A DNA stretch of 64,000 nt. Origin: Verrucomicrobiia bacterium. Its GTDB lineage: Bacteria > Verrucomicrobiota > Verrucomicrobiia > Limisphaerales > Palsa-1400. Within the stretch, counting starts at the first letter, position 1. Every line of letters starts with the position of its first letter. This document shows positions 38,792 through 47,858 of this stretch, piece after piece. Location of the stretch: the NCBI GenBank assembly GCA_035551475.1, contig DASZMX010000133.1:21205-85204 (forward strand), given 5' to 3'. The notes beneath the pieces were generated by a model, which had not been told where the DNA came from, made no database searches, and saw only the letters and a list, made by a program, of their open reading frames with translations. The position numbers and the translations under genes were made by a program.

Positions 38792-40048
38792 CTATTTTGC
38801 GAGATGGGCCACGCGCCCCGCCAAAACGTTGCGTTGTTGTTGCAGGGCCTGACGCCCCGCGTCGCCCGTCGCAGGCAAGGCTTGCAGCATTTGATCGATC
38901 AGGGAGATCCGCTGATTGATTTGCTCGGCGGACAAACTGGGATCGGCGTGCAATGCGAAATCCTGATTGCCGTCAGCCACGTGAAAGCTTTGGAAACTCG
39001 AAATGCCCGGCGGCGCTTCCTGGCCGATCTGATATTGCCCGCCGCCCATAAAGGGCGCCATGCGTTGGACCAGCCAGTCGGGAAGTTGATTGTTTTTCGC
39101 CAATTCCAGCAGCGTGCTGCGCGCCTGCGGGTTATCAGCCGCCAATTCCGAGAGGGCTTCGGCGCCCGGATTTTGCGTGCTGCCCGCGGCGCCCTGCGCC
39201 ATTTGGATGAGACCATTGAGGCCGCTGCCGTCGGGAAGTTGCGCCAGGGCGATGGCGGAATAATAAGGCCACTTCGTGGCGTATTGCGTGAGATCTGCGG
39301 TGACGTCCACGCCGGCGGCGGCTTGACTGGCGAGAATTTGAAAAAGCGGCCCAACGTCCACGCCACCCAATTGGCCTTGCGCCGCCACAGAAAGTTGCTG
39401 GCGCGCGGCGCCGAGAATCGATTCCTGATATTGCGGATCCATCACCTTCGAAAGCGCGGCGAGGTCCGTGGGATAAGGCGTGGTTTGCAAAATCTGCGTC
39501 AAAGCGTCATTGGCTTCCGGTCCGCCGATTTGCGACAAGGCATCAATCAGTCCCGCCCGCAACGTCGGATAACCCAACGGATTGTGGCCGCCGGACGAGG
39601 GATAAGCGACATCCTGGTTCTTCGCCAGAAATTCTTTGATGATCGGCGTCGAAGCCGGGCCCGCGCGCACCAGATCTTGCAAGGCCTGCTTCCAGGCCTG
39701 GGCCTGCGCATCGGTCACAGGCGTGGCTGGATCAAGCGTTGCCATGCCGGCCAGCGATTGTTTTGGGTCAGGAGGAGGCGGCGCGGCCACGGGAATGGGA
39801 GCCTGCATCGGAGCCGCCGAGACCGGCGCCGCAGTCTGGTCGGCTGCCGCCGGCGCCGCCGAAGTTTCCGGCGCCGAAACTGGCGTGGGCGCAGTGACCG
39901 GCGGCGGCGACGATGGCGCCGAGCCCTGGGATTTTTTATACGCGACAGCGGCGCCGATGACAACCACCGCCGCGATGATCGCGATGACGACGGGCGAAAA
40001 ACTCCGCGGCGCAACCGGTTGTTGGGAAGATTTGCTCACCTGCGCCAC
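38792..40048 (-). CDS. hypothetical membrane-anchored protein with Pro/Ala-rich linker and HEAT-like helical repeats
   Basis: 418 aa. N-terminal TM (VVIAIIAAVVVIGAAVAY), an approximately 70-aa P/A/S-rich low-complexity tract, then helical repeats (LIDALSQIGGPEANDALTQILQ). Its stop lies 2 nt before the deaminase start. The opposite-strand 427-aa ORF is Arg-rich junk. Confidence 0.55.
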   Translation of the reverse strand: MAQVSKSSQQPVAPRSFSPVVIAIIAAVVVIGAAVAYKKSQGSAPSSPPPVTAPTPVSAPETSAAPAAADQTAAPVSAAPMQAPIPVAAPPPPDPKQSLAGMATLDPATPVTDAQAQAWKQALQDLVRAGPASTPIIKEFLAKNQDVAYPSSGGHNPLGYPTLRAGLIDALSQIGGPEANDALTQILQTTPYPTDLAALSKVMDPQYQESILGAARQQLSVAAQGQLGGVDVGPLFQILASQAAAGVDVTADLTQYATKWPYYSAIALAQLPDGSGLNGLIQMAQGAAGSTQNPGAEALSELAADNPQARSTLLELAKNNQLPDWLVQRMAPFMGGGQYQIGQEAPPGISSFQSFHVADGNQDFALHADPSLSAEQINQRISLIDQMLQALPATGDAGRQALQQQRNVLAGRVAHLAK

Positions 40049-40096
40049 TTTTACCGGGCTTGTCTCCGCAATGCAAGCCGCCCATAATCGCGCGCG

Positions 40097-40513
40097 ATGA
40101 ACACAAGTGTATTTCCAGCCCGGCGATTGCTGGGAGCGGTGGGATTGATCGTGGCGGCGATCCTCTTACTGGCCTTGATTTACAATAATATTTTGACCGC
40201 CCGGGCCCCGCAAATGACGCCGGGCAACGCGGTGCATATTATCGAAGCTGCCCGGGCTTACACCCATGATTTGCGCGCCGCGCACCAGCCGATTCCGTTG
40301 ACGATCGATTTAACGAATCTGGTCGCGCTCAAATATCTTCAAGCAGCCGACGCCGCACCCTTCAACGGCCTGCAAGCCACGCTTTCCCTCGTCGCGACCA
40401 ACCCTGCCGCGTCTTCAGTGTTGATGCGCGTGCGCAACCCGGACGGCAGCGCCACGCTTCTTCTCACCGACGGCACCTCCCGCGAGACGCCCGCCGGCCA
40501 GCCGGCTCAGTAA
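40097..40513 (+). CDS. hypothetical small membrane-anchored protein
   Basis: 138 aa with an N-terminal TM ([19 protein letters not shown]). No recognised motif. Divergent from 38792..40048. Confidence 0.45.
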   Translation: MNTSVFPARRLLGAVGLIVAAILLLALIYNNILTARAPQMTPGNAVHIIEAARAYTHDLRAAHQPIPLTIDLTNLVALKYLQAADAAPFNGLQATLSLVATNPAASSVLMRVRNPDGSATLLLTDGTSRETPAGQPAQ

Positions 40514-41532
40514 GCCGCCTGGACGCCTTTGACGGAACGCTTTTTCATCCACGGCATCAAACCGCGCAGGCGTTCGCCGACTTTTTCGATGGAATGCTTT
40601 TCGCCGGCCTTCAACAAGGCATTATACTTTTTGTAGCCGCCGTTGTATTCGTTGACCCAGCCCTTGGCGAATTTGCCGGATTGAATCTCTTTCAACGCCG
40701 CTTTCATCCGCTTCTTCACGCTCGCGTCGATGATCTTCGGGCCCACGCTCACGTCGCCCCACTTGGCGGTTTCGGAAATGGAGAAGCGCATGCCGCTGAT
40801 GCCCGCTTCGTTCATCAAATCAACGATGAGTTTCAACTCGTGCAAACATTCGAAATACGCCATCTCGGGCTGATACCCGGCCTCGATCAGCGTTTCGTAC
40901 CCGGCAATAATCAACGCCGAGGCGCCGCCGCAAAGCACGGTTTGCTCGCCGAATAGATCGGTTTCGGTCTCTTCCTTGAAGGTGGTTTGAATGACCCCGG
41001 CGCGCGTGCCGCCAATGCCCTTGGCCCAGGCGAGCGCAATTTGCTTGGATTTCTTGCTGGGATCCTGGAAAACCGCGATCAACGCCGGCACGCCTTTGCC
41101 CTCGACGAATTGGCGGCGGACAATGTGTCCGGGTCCTTTGGGGGCGACCAGGATGACGTTCACGTTCTTCGGCGGCACGATGGTTTTGAAATGAATCGAA
41201 AAACCATGCGAGAACAACAACGTCTTGCCGGCGGACAGGTTGGGCGCGATGTCCTTTTCGTAAGCCTTGGCCTGCTTAGTGTCGGGCAAAGCGACAAAAA
41301 TGACATCCGCGCGGCGCACTGCTTCGCCGGTGGAGAAGACTTCAAAGCCCTTGGACTCGGCGACGGGCTTGGATTTGCTGCCCTCGTACAAGCCGATGAT
41401 GACATTGCACCCGCTGTCTTTGAGATTAAGCGCGTGCGCGTGGCCTTGCGAACCGAAGCCGAGGACGGCAAGCGTCTTGTTCTGCAAATTCTTCAGGTCG
41501 GCGTCGTTATCCGAATAAACTTTAGCTGGCAT
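40507..41532 (-). CDS. ilvC: ketol-acid reductoisomerase
   Basis: 341 aa; [21 protein letters not shown] motif; class I KARI length. Confidence 0.9.
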   Translation of the reverse strand: MPAKVYSDNDADLKNLQNKTLAVLGFGSQGHAHALNLKDSGCNVIIGLYEGSKSKPVAESKGFEVFSTGEAVRRADVIFVALPDTKQAKAYEKDIAPNLSAGKTLLFSHGFSIHFKTIVPPKNVNVILVAPKGPGHIVRRQFVEGKGVPALIAVFQDPSKKSKQIALAWAKGIGGTRAGVIQTTFKEETETDLFGEQTVLCGGASALIIAGYETLIEAGYQPEMAYFECLHELKLIVDLMNEAGISGMRFSISETAKWGDVSVGPKIIDASVKKRMKAALKEIQSGKFAKGWVNEYNGGYKKYNALLKAGEKHSIEKVGERLRGLMPWMKKRSVKGVQAAY

Positions 41533-41558
41533 ATATAATATGGAGTTGTGCCTGGGAT

Positions 41559-42032
41559 TTATTTTCGGGCCAGGGCGATCTTTCCCGTCCGGGTCAATTC
41601 TGTGACCCCGAAACCTTCCATCAAATGGAGGAATTTTTCGATCTTGCTTTCGTTCCCGGTGATTTCGATGGTCAGGCTCTTGGCTTGGACATCGACGATT
41701 TTGGCCCGGAAAATATCAGTGATCTGCATGATTTCAGCGCGCGCCCGGGCGTCCACGCCCACCCGCACCATCACCAGCTCGCGGTCAATGAAATCCGACT
41801 CGCGAAAATCGTGGACTTCCAGGACATTGACCAGCTTGTTCAACTGTTTGACAATCTGGTCCAGGGTGGCGTCATCGCCCACCGTGACGATGGTCATGCG
41901 CGAGACATTGGCGTCCTGCGTGGGCGCCACGTTCAGGGTGTCAATATTATAGCCGCGGCCGCTGAACAGCCCGGCAATGCGCGTCAACGCGCCAAACTTG
42001 TTTTCCACCAGCACCGATATGGTATGTCGCAT
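41559..42032 (-). CDS. ilvN: acetolactate synthase small (regulatory) subunit
   Basis: ACT domain [33 protein letters not shown]. Start taken at ATG 42032 (the track ORF starts at TTG 42041, inside the terminator U-tract). Confidence 0.85.
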   Translation of the reverse strand: MRHTISVLVENKFGALTRIAGLFSGRGYNIDTLNVAPTQDANVSRMTIVTVGDDATLDQIVKQLNKLVNVLEVHDFRESDFIDRELVMVRVGVDARARAEIMQITDIFRAKIVDVQAKSLTIEITGNESKIEKFLHLMEGFGVTELTRTGKIALARK

Positions 42033-42039
42033 ATAGAGC

Positions 42040-42069
42040 AAAAAACCCGCGTCCCAGAGGAACGGCGGG
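42040..42069 (-). terminator. intrinsic terminator / attenuator immediately upstream of ilvN
   Basis: Minus-strand sequence CCCGC-C-GTTCC tct GGGAC-GCGGG followed by TTTTTTG: a 10-bp GC-rich stem with one bulged C, a 3-nt loop and a U6 tract. It lies 7 nt before the ilvN ATG and 33 nt after the leader ORF stop. Confidence 0.65.
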
Positions 42070-42102
42070 CGACCTGTGAATCAGACAATGTCCCAGGCCG
42101 CG

Positions 42103-42156
42103 TCAGTCGAGGACGACGACGCGAACAACTGCGGCCAGGCTGATCCAGTAATTCAT
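42103..42156 (-). CDS. candidate Val-rich ilv leader peptide (17 aa)
   Basis: My translation is ATG AAT TAC TGG ATC AGC CTG GCC GCA GTT GTT CGC GTC GTC GTC CTC GAC TGA = MNYWISLAAVVRVVVLD*. Five Val codons fall within seven positions, followed by the terminator at 42040-42069. Too short for the ORF track. Confidence 0.5.
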   Translation of the reverse strand: MNYWISLAAVVRVVVLD

Positions 42157-42207
42157 TCGCGCTGAAACTAGCAACCGCACGACGCTAGGTCAACCATCAT
42201 TTTCGCG

Positions 42208-43698
42208 TCAGGCGCGCTTTCCGAAAAGCCGGTTAATCTTCGCTTTGACAGAGGAATCCATTTGGATGAGCGGCGGCCAGGCGCGCTTGAAACCTTCGCC
42301 GGGAAGTTTCTTGGTGGCGTCGATGCCCATTTTGCTGCCGACCGCGAACTCCGTTGTGGCGTGGTCCAGGACATCGGCGGGGCCCTTGGTGAAAATAGTG
42401 TCACGCGACGGCTCAGTGGTTGCGCCAATGCGGAAAAGCACCTGGCTGGTGTTGTGCACATCCACATCCTCGTCCACCACCACAATATATTTGGTGAACA
42501 TCATTTGGCCCATGCCCCACAGCCCGTGCATGATCTTGAACGCTTGCATGGGATACGTTTTTCGAATGCTGACAAAGACCAGATTGTGAAAGACGCCTTC
42601 CGCCGGAAGCGCCAAATCCACCAGCTCCGGGAAATTCATTTTGAAGATCGGCAGAAAAAGTTTAACGCTCGCGGCGCCAATATGGAAATCCTCCATCGGC
42701 GGAATGCCGACAATCGTGGCCGGATAAACTGCGTCCGCCCGGTGTGTAATGGCTGTCAAATGAAAGGTCGGATATAGATCGGCCAGGGAGTAATATCCGG
42801 TGTGATCGCCAAACGGGCCTTCCGTGCGCAACGGCTCCGTGGGATCGACATATCCCTCCAGGACGAAATCCGCGTCGGCGGGAACTTCCAGGTCGTTGGT
42901 CACGCACTTGACCAGCTCAACGGATTTCTTGCGCAGGTAACCAGCCAGCAAAAATTCGTCCAATCCGTCGGGCAGCGGCGCCGTGGCGCAGAAAGTGAAA
43001 ACGGGGTCGCCGCCGAGAAAGACGCTGACGGGCATGCGCTGCCCGGTTTCGTAATAGCGTTTGCCGTGGCGCGCGGCCACTTTGTGCAATTGCCAGTGCA
43101 TGCCGGTGGATTGCCCGTCGTAAACCTGCATGCGGTACATCCCGACGTTGCGCGCGCCCGTGTCCGGATCCTTGGTGACCACACAGGGCAGCGTGATGAA
43201 ACGACCGGCGTCGTCCGGCCAGCATTTAAGGATCGGCATCTCGGCAAGCGTCGGGCACGCCTCGGCCGCTCCCCTGCCCGGTTGATCGAGACGGATTACC
43301 TTTTCCTGACAGGCGCCGCGATTGACCATCTTGGGCCGGGCATGGCGCAACTCAAGGGCCGTGCCCAGCAACTTGATGGCTTCGCCAAAACTTTCCGGCG
43401 GCTTGGCTTTAATGATCGCGCCCAATTCCGCCGCGGCCGCCTCCACCGTATCAGCGCCCAAACTCATGGCCATGCGCCGCGATGATCCGAGGGCATTGAT
43501 CGCCAGGGGAAAAGGTGAGGGCCGTCCGTTAATGGTCGGATGTTCGATCAGCAACGCCTTGCCGCCGCCCGGCAGCTTCATCTCGCGGTCGGCCAGTTCA
43601 GTGATTTCCAACTCCGTCGCGAGCGGTTGCGCAATGCGCTTCAGATCGCCCGCTTTTTCCAGGGCTTGCACAAAATCGCGAAACGAATGAAACGCCAT
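42208..43698 (-). CDS. UbiD-family (prenyl-FMN-dependent) decarboxylase
   Basis: 496 aa. N-terminal FRDFVQALEKAGDLKRI, then GMYRMQVYDGQSTGMHWQLHK and FGDHTGYYS, typical of UbiD/menaquinone-pathway decarboxylases. Confidence 0.85.
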   Translation of the reverse strand: MAFHSFRDFVQALEKAGDLKRIAQPLATELEITELADREMKLPGGGKALLIEHPTINGRPSPFPLAINALGSSRRMAMSLGADTVEAAAAELGAIIKAKPPESFGEAIKLLGTALELRHARPKMVNRGACQEKVIRLDQPGRGAAEACPTLAEMPILKCWPDDAGRFITLPCVVTKDPDTGARNVGMYRMQVYDGQSTGMHWQLHKVAARHGKRYYETGQRMPVSVFLGGDPVFTFCATAPLPDGLDEFLLAGYLRKKSVELVKCVTNDLEVPADADFVLEGYVDPTEPLRTEGPFGDHTGYYSLADLYPTFHLTAITHRADAVYPATIVGIPPMEDFHIGAASVKLFLPIFKMNFPELVDLALPAEGVFHNLVFVSIRKTYPMQAFKIMHGLWGMGQMMFTKYIVVVDEDVDVHNTSQVLFRIGATTEPSRDTIFTKGPADVLDHATTEFAVGSKMGIDATKKLPGEGFKRAWPPLIQMDSSVKAKINRLFGKRA

Positions 43699-43832
43699 GC
43701 GCGTATTAAAGAGTTCCCGCGCCCAAGTTCAAAGTTCAAAGCGCTGGCAGGAAATCACCTACCGGCGCGGCTGAGAACCCCGGAGAATGTTTCCGGTTGG
43801 CGCCGCGAAGCCCGTGGATGAGGGTTGAAAAA

Positions 43833-44960
43833 ATGTTATCACCGAATTCGGACTTGAACATTAAAGACGGGCCGCAGATGGCCCGCCTCGCGCAGTTACG
43901 CTACGTCTCGCACACCGAGGCGGGCATTCGGCGGCAAAAGGCCGGCGCTGCTTTTAAATATTTCGGTAAGGATGGCAAACTCATCGATGATCCAGCTTGC
44001 TTGCGGCGCATCAAGGCGCTGGCTATTCCTCCGGCGTGGCGCAACGTCTGGATCTGCCCCTTGGAAAACGGCCATTTGCAAGCCACCGGGCGCGATGATC
44101 GCGGGCGCAAGCAGTATCGCTATCACCGGCGCTGGCGCGAAGTGAAAGATGACACCAAATACAATCGCATGCTCGCGTTCGCCCAGGCGCTGCCGAAAAT
44201 TCGCCGGCGCGCGGCGCGGGATTTGCGCCCGCATGGCTTGCCCAAGAACAAGGTCATGGCCACGGTGGTGCGCCTGTTGGAGTCAAGTTTGATTCGCGTG
44301 GGCAATGATGAATACGCCCACGACAATCATTCTTACGGCCTGACGACCATGCAGAACCGCCACGCGCGCATCCATGGCGCCACGATTCAATTCCATTTTC
44401 GCGGGAAAAGCGGCAAGGAACACACGGTGGAGATCCACGACGCGCGCCTCGCAAAAATCGTGCGCGCATGCCGGGACATTCCGGGGCAGGATTTATTCCA
44501 ATACCTCGACGACGATGGCCAGCGGCATCATGTTCGCTCCGAGGATGTCAACGAATACCTGCGCGAAATCAGCGGCGCCGATTTCACCGCCAAGGATTTC
44601 CGCACCTGGGCGGGCACCATTCTGGCCGGCATGGCTTTGCGGGAATTCCAAAAATTTGATTCGCAGGCGCAGGCCAAAAAAAACCTGGTGCAGGCCATTG
44701 AATCCGTGGCGCGCCGGCTCGGCAACACTCCGGCAATCTGCCGGAAATGCTATATTCACCCCGAAATCCTGGACGGTTATTTGCAAGGCGCGACGGTCGC
44801 CACCGTGCGGCGCCGAGCCGAATCGGAATTGCGCTCGAATCTGCACCAATTACGCCCCGAAGAAGCAGCGGTCGTAGCCTTCCTCGAAAAACGCCTCGCT
44901 CGCCAAAAGGAGCCGCTGGAGAAAACGCTTAAGCGCAGCTTGCGTCAGCTCAAAGGTTAA
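43833..44960 (+). CDS. DNA topoisomerase IB (poxvirus-like bacterial type)
   Basis: LRYVSHTEAGIRRQKAGAAFKYF, IPPAWRNVWICP, GRDDRGRKQYRYH, FRGKSGKEH, and active-site Tyr context ICRKCYIHPEILDGY. Start is uncertain (TTG 43797, ATG 43833 or ATG 43878). Confidence 0.8.
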   Translation: MLSPNSDLNIKDGPQMARLAQLRYVSHTEAGIRRQKAGAAFKYFGKDGKLIDDPACLRRIKALAIPPAWRNVWICPLENGHLQATGRDDRGRKQYRYHRRWREVKDDTKYNRMLAFAQALPKIRRRAARDLRPHGLPKNKVMATVVRLLESSLIRVGNDEYAHDNHSYGLTTMQNRHARIHGATIQFHFRGKSGKEHTVEIHDARLAKIVRACRDIPGQDLFQYLDDDGQRHHVRSEDVNEYLREISGADFTAKDFRTWAGTILAGMALREFQKFDSQAQAKKNLVQAIESVARRLGNTPAICRKCYIHPEILDGYLQGATVATVRRRAESELRSNLHQLRPEEAAVVAFLEKRLARQKEPLEKTLKRSLRQLKG

Positions 44961-45164
44961 GCGCATCGGGCGGTTCCAGCTTGCGCGCCAGAAGAATCAA
45001 TACCGCTCGCGTGATGTCCTCCGCGGTTTGCGCAGCGCATGTTTGTCGTCGCGCTACTGGGTAAATACGAGAGTCGCAAACGCGCTCTCCGACCAGCGCA
45101 AGCTTCGACCTACCTCGGAAATAAATCTCCTCGCCAGCGCCGGTGAAATTTCCAATGCTGCGCG

Positions 45165-45818
45165 ATGCCCAAGTGGGTCAAATTCATCATTGCCCTCGCG
45201 TTGCTGCCGGTCTGCCTGGCGACCGCGCAAACGGTGTGGCAGGTCTTTGTCTTGGGCAGCGCCTCGGACCGGGTGTGGCTGCCCATGCTCGCGGGCGCCG
45301 CGGCGTGGATTGTCATTTTTCTGCTGTTGCCCAAACCGATGTGGATTTATGTGCTGGGCCACGAACTGACCCACGCGGTCTGGACCTGGGTATGCGGCGG
45401 CCAGGTGAAAAGGCTCAAAGCCACCTCGGAAGGCGGCCATGTGCTTACCACCAAAAGCAATTTTGCCATCGCCCTCGCGCCGTATTTTTTCCCGTTTTAC
45501 GCCGTGCTGGTGGTGTTGGTGTTTCTCGTGGGCGATTTGATCTGGTCATGGCGGGGCGTGTATCTTCCATGGTTTCACTTCTTTTTGGGCGCGGCCTATG
45601 CGTTTCACCTGACGCTGACCTTCGAGATCCTGAAAGTCCGGCAGACGGACATCACGAGTCAAGGCTATTTATTTTCGAGCGTCGTGATCTTTTTGGGCAA
45701 TGCGCTCGTGCTGATTCTCGGCATTCCCCTGCTGACGGGGCACGATCTTTTTCACGCGCTGGGGCGCTGGCTGACGAACAACCATGAGATGTTCCACCGC
45801 GTCGCGCGGCTGATCTAG
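45165..45818 (+). CDS. polytopic membrane protein with HExxH motif (putative M50/DUF3267-like zinc metalloprotease)
   Basis: 217 aa with about 6 TM segments. HELTHAVW sits at the end of TM2-3; no other family signature recognised. Confidence 0.5.
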   Translation: MPKWVKFIIALALLPVCLATAQTVWQVFVLGSASDRVWLPMLAGAAAWIVIFLLLPKPMWIYVLGHELTHAVWTWVCGGQVKRLKATSEGGHVLTTKSNFAIALAPYFFPFYAVLVVLVFLVGDLIWSWRGVYLPWFHFFLGAAYAFHLTLTFEILKVRQTDITSQGYLFSSVVIFLGNALVLILGIPLLTGHDLFHALGRWLTNNHEMFHRVARLI

Positions 45819-46783
45819 CAGGTTACTTCCAAAAATTTGGCCGCGCCGTCAGCGCGCACCGAGGCGGCGCCGGAATCCGCCGGGACAAGGCAAAACTGTC
45901 CGGCGGCCAACTCCACTGCGCCTCCCGGCGCGGCGACCCGCACCGCCCCGGAGACGACGCCGATAATTTCCATGCGTCCGGCCGGCAAGGGCAGCGTTTC
46001 CGCCCCGCCCAATTCCCGCAGGCTCACAGTAAAGAGTTTATCCTGCACCAGCGGGCGCACCCGTCCCGGATGGCCGGGTTCCGAGTTCGCGGGAAGAAGT
46101 CCCGGCTCGAAATCTTGAAAATCGATGCTGGCCAGCGATTGCGCCACATGCAGGTCGCGCGGCCGGCCTGCGGCATCCACGCGATTCCAGTCAAACACAC
46201 GATACGTCGTGTCCGAATTTTGCTGGATCTCGAAAATGACAATATCCGCCCCCAACGCATGGACGCGCCCACTGGGCAAAAACATCGCGTCGCCCGCGCA
46301 CACCGGGATGCGATGAAAGCAGTCGGCCACGGTTTGGCTGGCCAGTTTGCGCTCGAATTCCGCCCGATCCACGCCGCGCTGCAGGCCGACATACAACTCC
46401 GCTTTTGGCCCCGCCTGCGCGATATACCACATTTCCGTTTTTGGTTCTCCGCCCAATTCGGCGGCTTTTTGCGCCGGCGGATGAACCTGGAGAGATAGCG
46501 TTTGCTGAGCGTCAATAATTTTAACCAGCAGCGGAAAACGGATGGCAGCGGGCCGATCCGCGCCCAGCATCGCGGCATGGTTGTCGCGCATGACATCACC
46601 CAGGGTGCGGCCTTGCAGCGGGCCGTTGGCGATCACGCTTTCGTCGCCGGGGCGGTCGCTGATTTCCCACGATTCGCCGATCGGTTTTCCGGGGGGCAAC
46701 GATTTGCCGTAAAGGGTTGCCAGATTGCGCCCTCCCCAAATGCGTTCCTTCAAAATGGGCTTGAAAATGAGCGGGTATAGCAT
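45815..46783 (-). CDS. manA: type I phosphomannose isomerase (mannose-6-phosphate isomerase)
   Basis: MLYPLIFKPILKERIWGGRNL N-terminus, GESWEISD, LSLQVHP; cupin fold. Confidence 0.8.
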   Translation of the reverse strand: MLYPLIFKPILKERIWGGRNLATLYGKSLPPGKPIGESWEISDRPGDESVIANGPLQGRTLGDVMRDNHAAMLGADRPAAIRFPLLVKIIDAQQTLSLQVHPPAQKAAELGGEPKTEMWYIAQAGPKAELYVGLQRGVDRAEFERKLASQTVADCFHRIPVCAGDAMFLPSGRVHALGADIVIFEIQQNSDTTYRVFDWNRVDAAGRPRDLHVAQSLASIDFQDFEPGLLPANSEPGHPGRVRPLVQDKLFTVSLRELGGAETLPLPAGRMEIIGVVSGAVRVAAPGGAVELAAGQFCLVPADSGAASVRADGAAKFLEVTC

Positions 46784-46789
46784 GCGTTT

Positions 46790-47809
46790 CTAACTCCCGT
46801 TGGCGTGGCCGTTGACCGCCGGCTCCGCGTTTTTCTCGACGGGGGGCTTCGGCTCCAGAAAGTGGCCGTAACTCCGAAATTTTTGGTAGCGGGCGCGCAG
46901 CCGCTCAGCGCCGGAGAGCTTCTTCAACTCATCAAGATTGCGCACCAACGCCTCCCGCAGCGCGTCGCTCGCGCCTTCCAGGCTGTTGTGCGCGCCGCCC
47001 AGCGGTTCAGGCACGATTTCGTCCACCAGTTTTAGATCGCGCAATTCGCGGGCGGTGATGCGCAGAGCCGCGGCCGCTTTTGGCGCCGCGGCGCGGTCTT
47101 TCCACAAAATGGCGGCGCATCCCTCCGGGCTGATCACCGAATAATAGGCATTCTCCAAAATCAGCACGCGATCCGCCACGCCAATTCCCAGCGCGCCGCC
47201 GGATCCGCCTTCCCCGATCACCGCCGCGATGATCGGCGTTTCCAGCAGCATCATTTCGCGCAGGTTCACGGCGATGGCCTCGGCGATGTGCCGTTCCTCG
47301 GCGCCGATGCCGGGATAAGCGCCGGCGGTGTCAATCAAAGTGATAATAGGGACGCAAAATTTGTCCGCCAATTTCATCAGGCGCATCGCCTTGCGGTAGC
47401 CTTCCGGGTGAGCCGAGCCGAAGTTCCGCCGGATTTTCTCCTTGGTGTCGCGCCCTTTTTGCGTGCCGAGAACGAGGACCTTGTGCGCGCCCAATTCGGC
47501 GAATCCCCCGACGATCGCATGATCATCGGCGAAAAGACGGTCGCCGTGCAGCTCGGTGAAATTTTTAAAAACGGAGCCCGCATAATCCAAAGTGAAGGGC
47601 CGCAACGGATGACGGGCGATCTGCACCCGCTCCCAAGGTGTGAGGTTGGCAAAAACCTGGCGGCGGGTTTCGGCGATTTTTTTCTCAATGGCGGCAACTT
47701 CCTGCTCGAAGCTGATGCCCATGGCGTGCGTTTCCGGATGCTTTCTCAGTTCCTCCAGCTTGCGTTGCAACTCAACAATCGGCTTCTCAAAATCAAGCTG
47801 ATGCTTCAT
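46790..47809 (-). CDS. accA: acetyl-CoA carboxylase carboxyltransferase alpha subunit
   Basis: Start moved to ATG 47809 (MKHQLDFEKPIVELQRKLEEL). RHPLRPFTLDY, FGSAHPEGYRKA and IGEGGSGGALG motifs. Confidence 0.9.
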   Translation of the reverse strand: MKHQLDFEKPIVELQRKLEELRKHPETHAMGISFEQEVAAIEKKIAETRRQVFANLTPWERVQIARHPLRPFTLDYAGSVFKNFTELHGDRLFADDHAIVGGFAELGAHKVLVLGTQKGRDTKEKIRRNFGSAHPEGYRKAMRLMKLADKFCVPIITLIDTAGAYPGIGAEERHIAEAIAVNLREMMLLETPIIAAVIGEGGSGGALGIGVADRVLILENAYYSVISPEGCAAILWKDRAAAPKAAAALRITARELRDLKLVDEIVPEPLGGAHNSLEGASDALREALVRNLDELKKLSGAERLRARYQKFRSYGHFLEPKPPVEKNAEPAVNGHANGS

Positions 47810-47858
47810 TAGGCCGGAAATGTACAATCCGCCGCCGCCCGCGCGCAACGGGAATTTT

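Noticed and set aside
38804-40087. 427-aa ORF on the plus strand
   Set aside because: The product is dominated by Arg runs (RRRRGHGNG, RRRRWRR). The minus-strand 418-aa ORF has a TM anchor and protein-like composition, so the minus frame was preferred.
44961-45164. 205-bp gap after the topoisomerase IB gene. One minus-strand frame is open for about 75 codons and ends ...TAEDITRAVLILLARKLEPPDALNL, vaguely like an SDR C-terminus.
   Set aside because: There is no ATG or GTG start (only a late TTG/CTG), tandem stops lie immediately upstream, and the rest of the frame shows no SDR motifs. Evidence is insufficient for a pseudogene or sRNA call.
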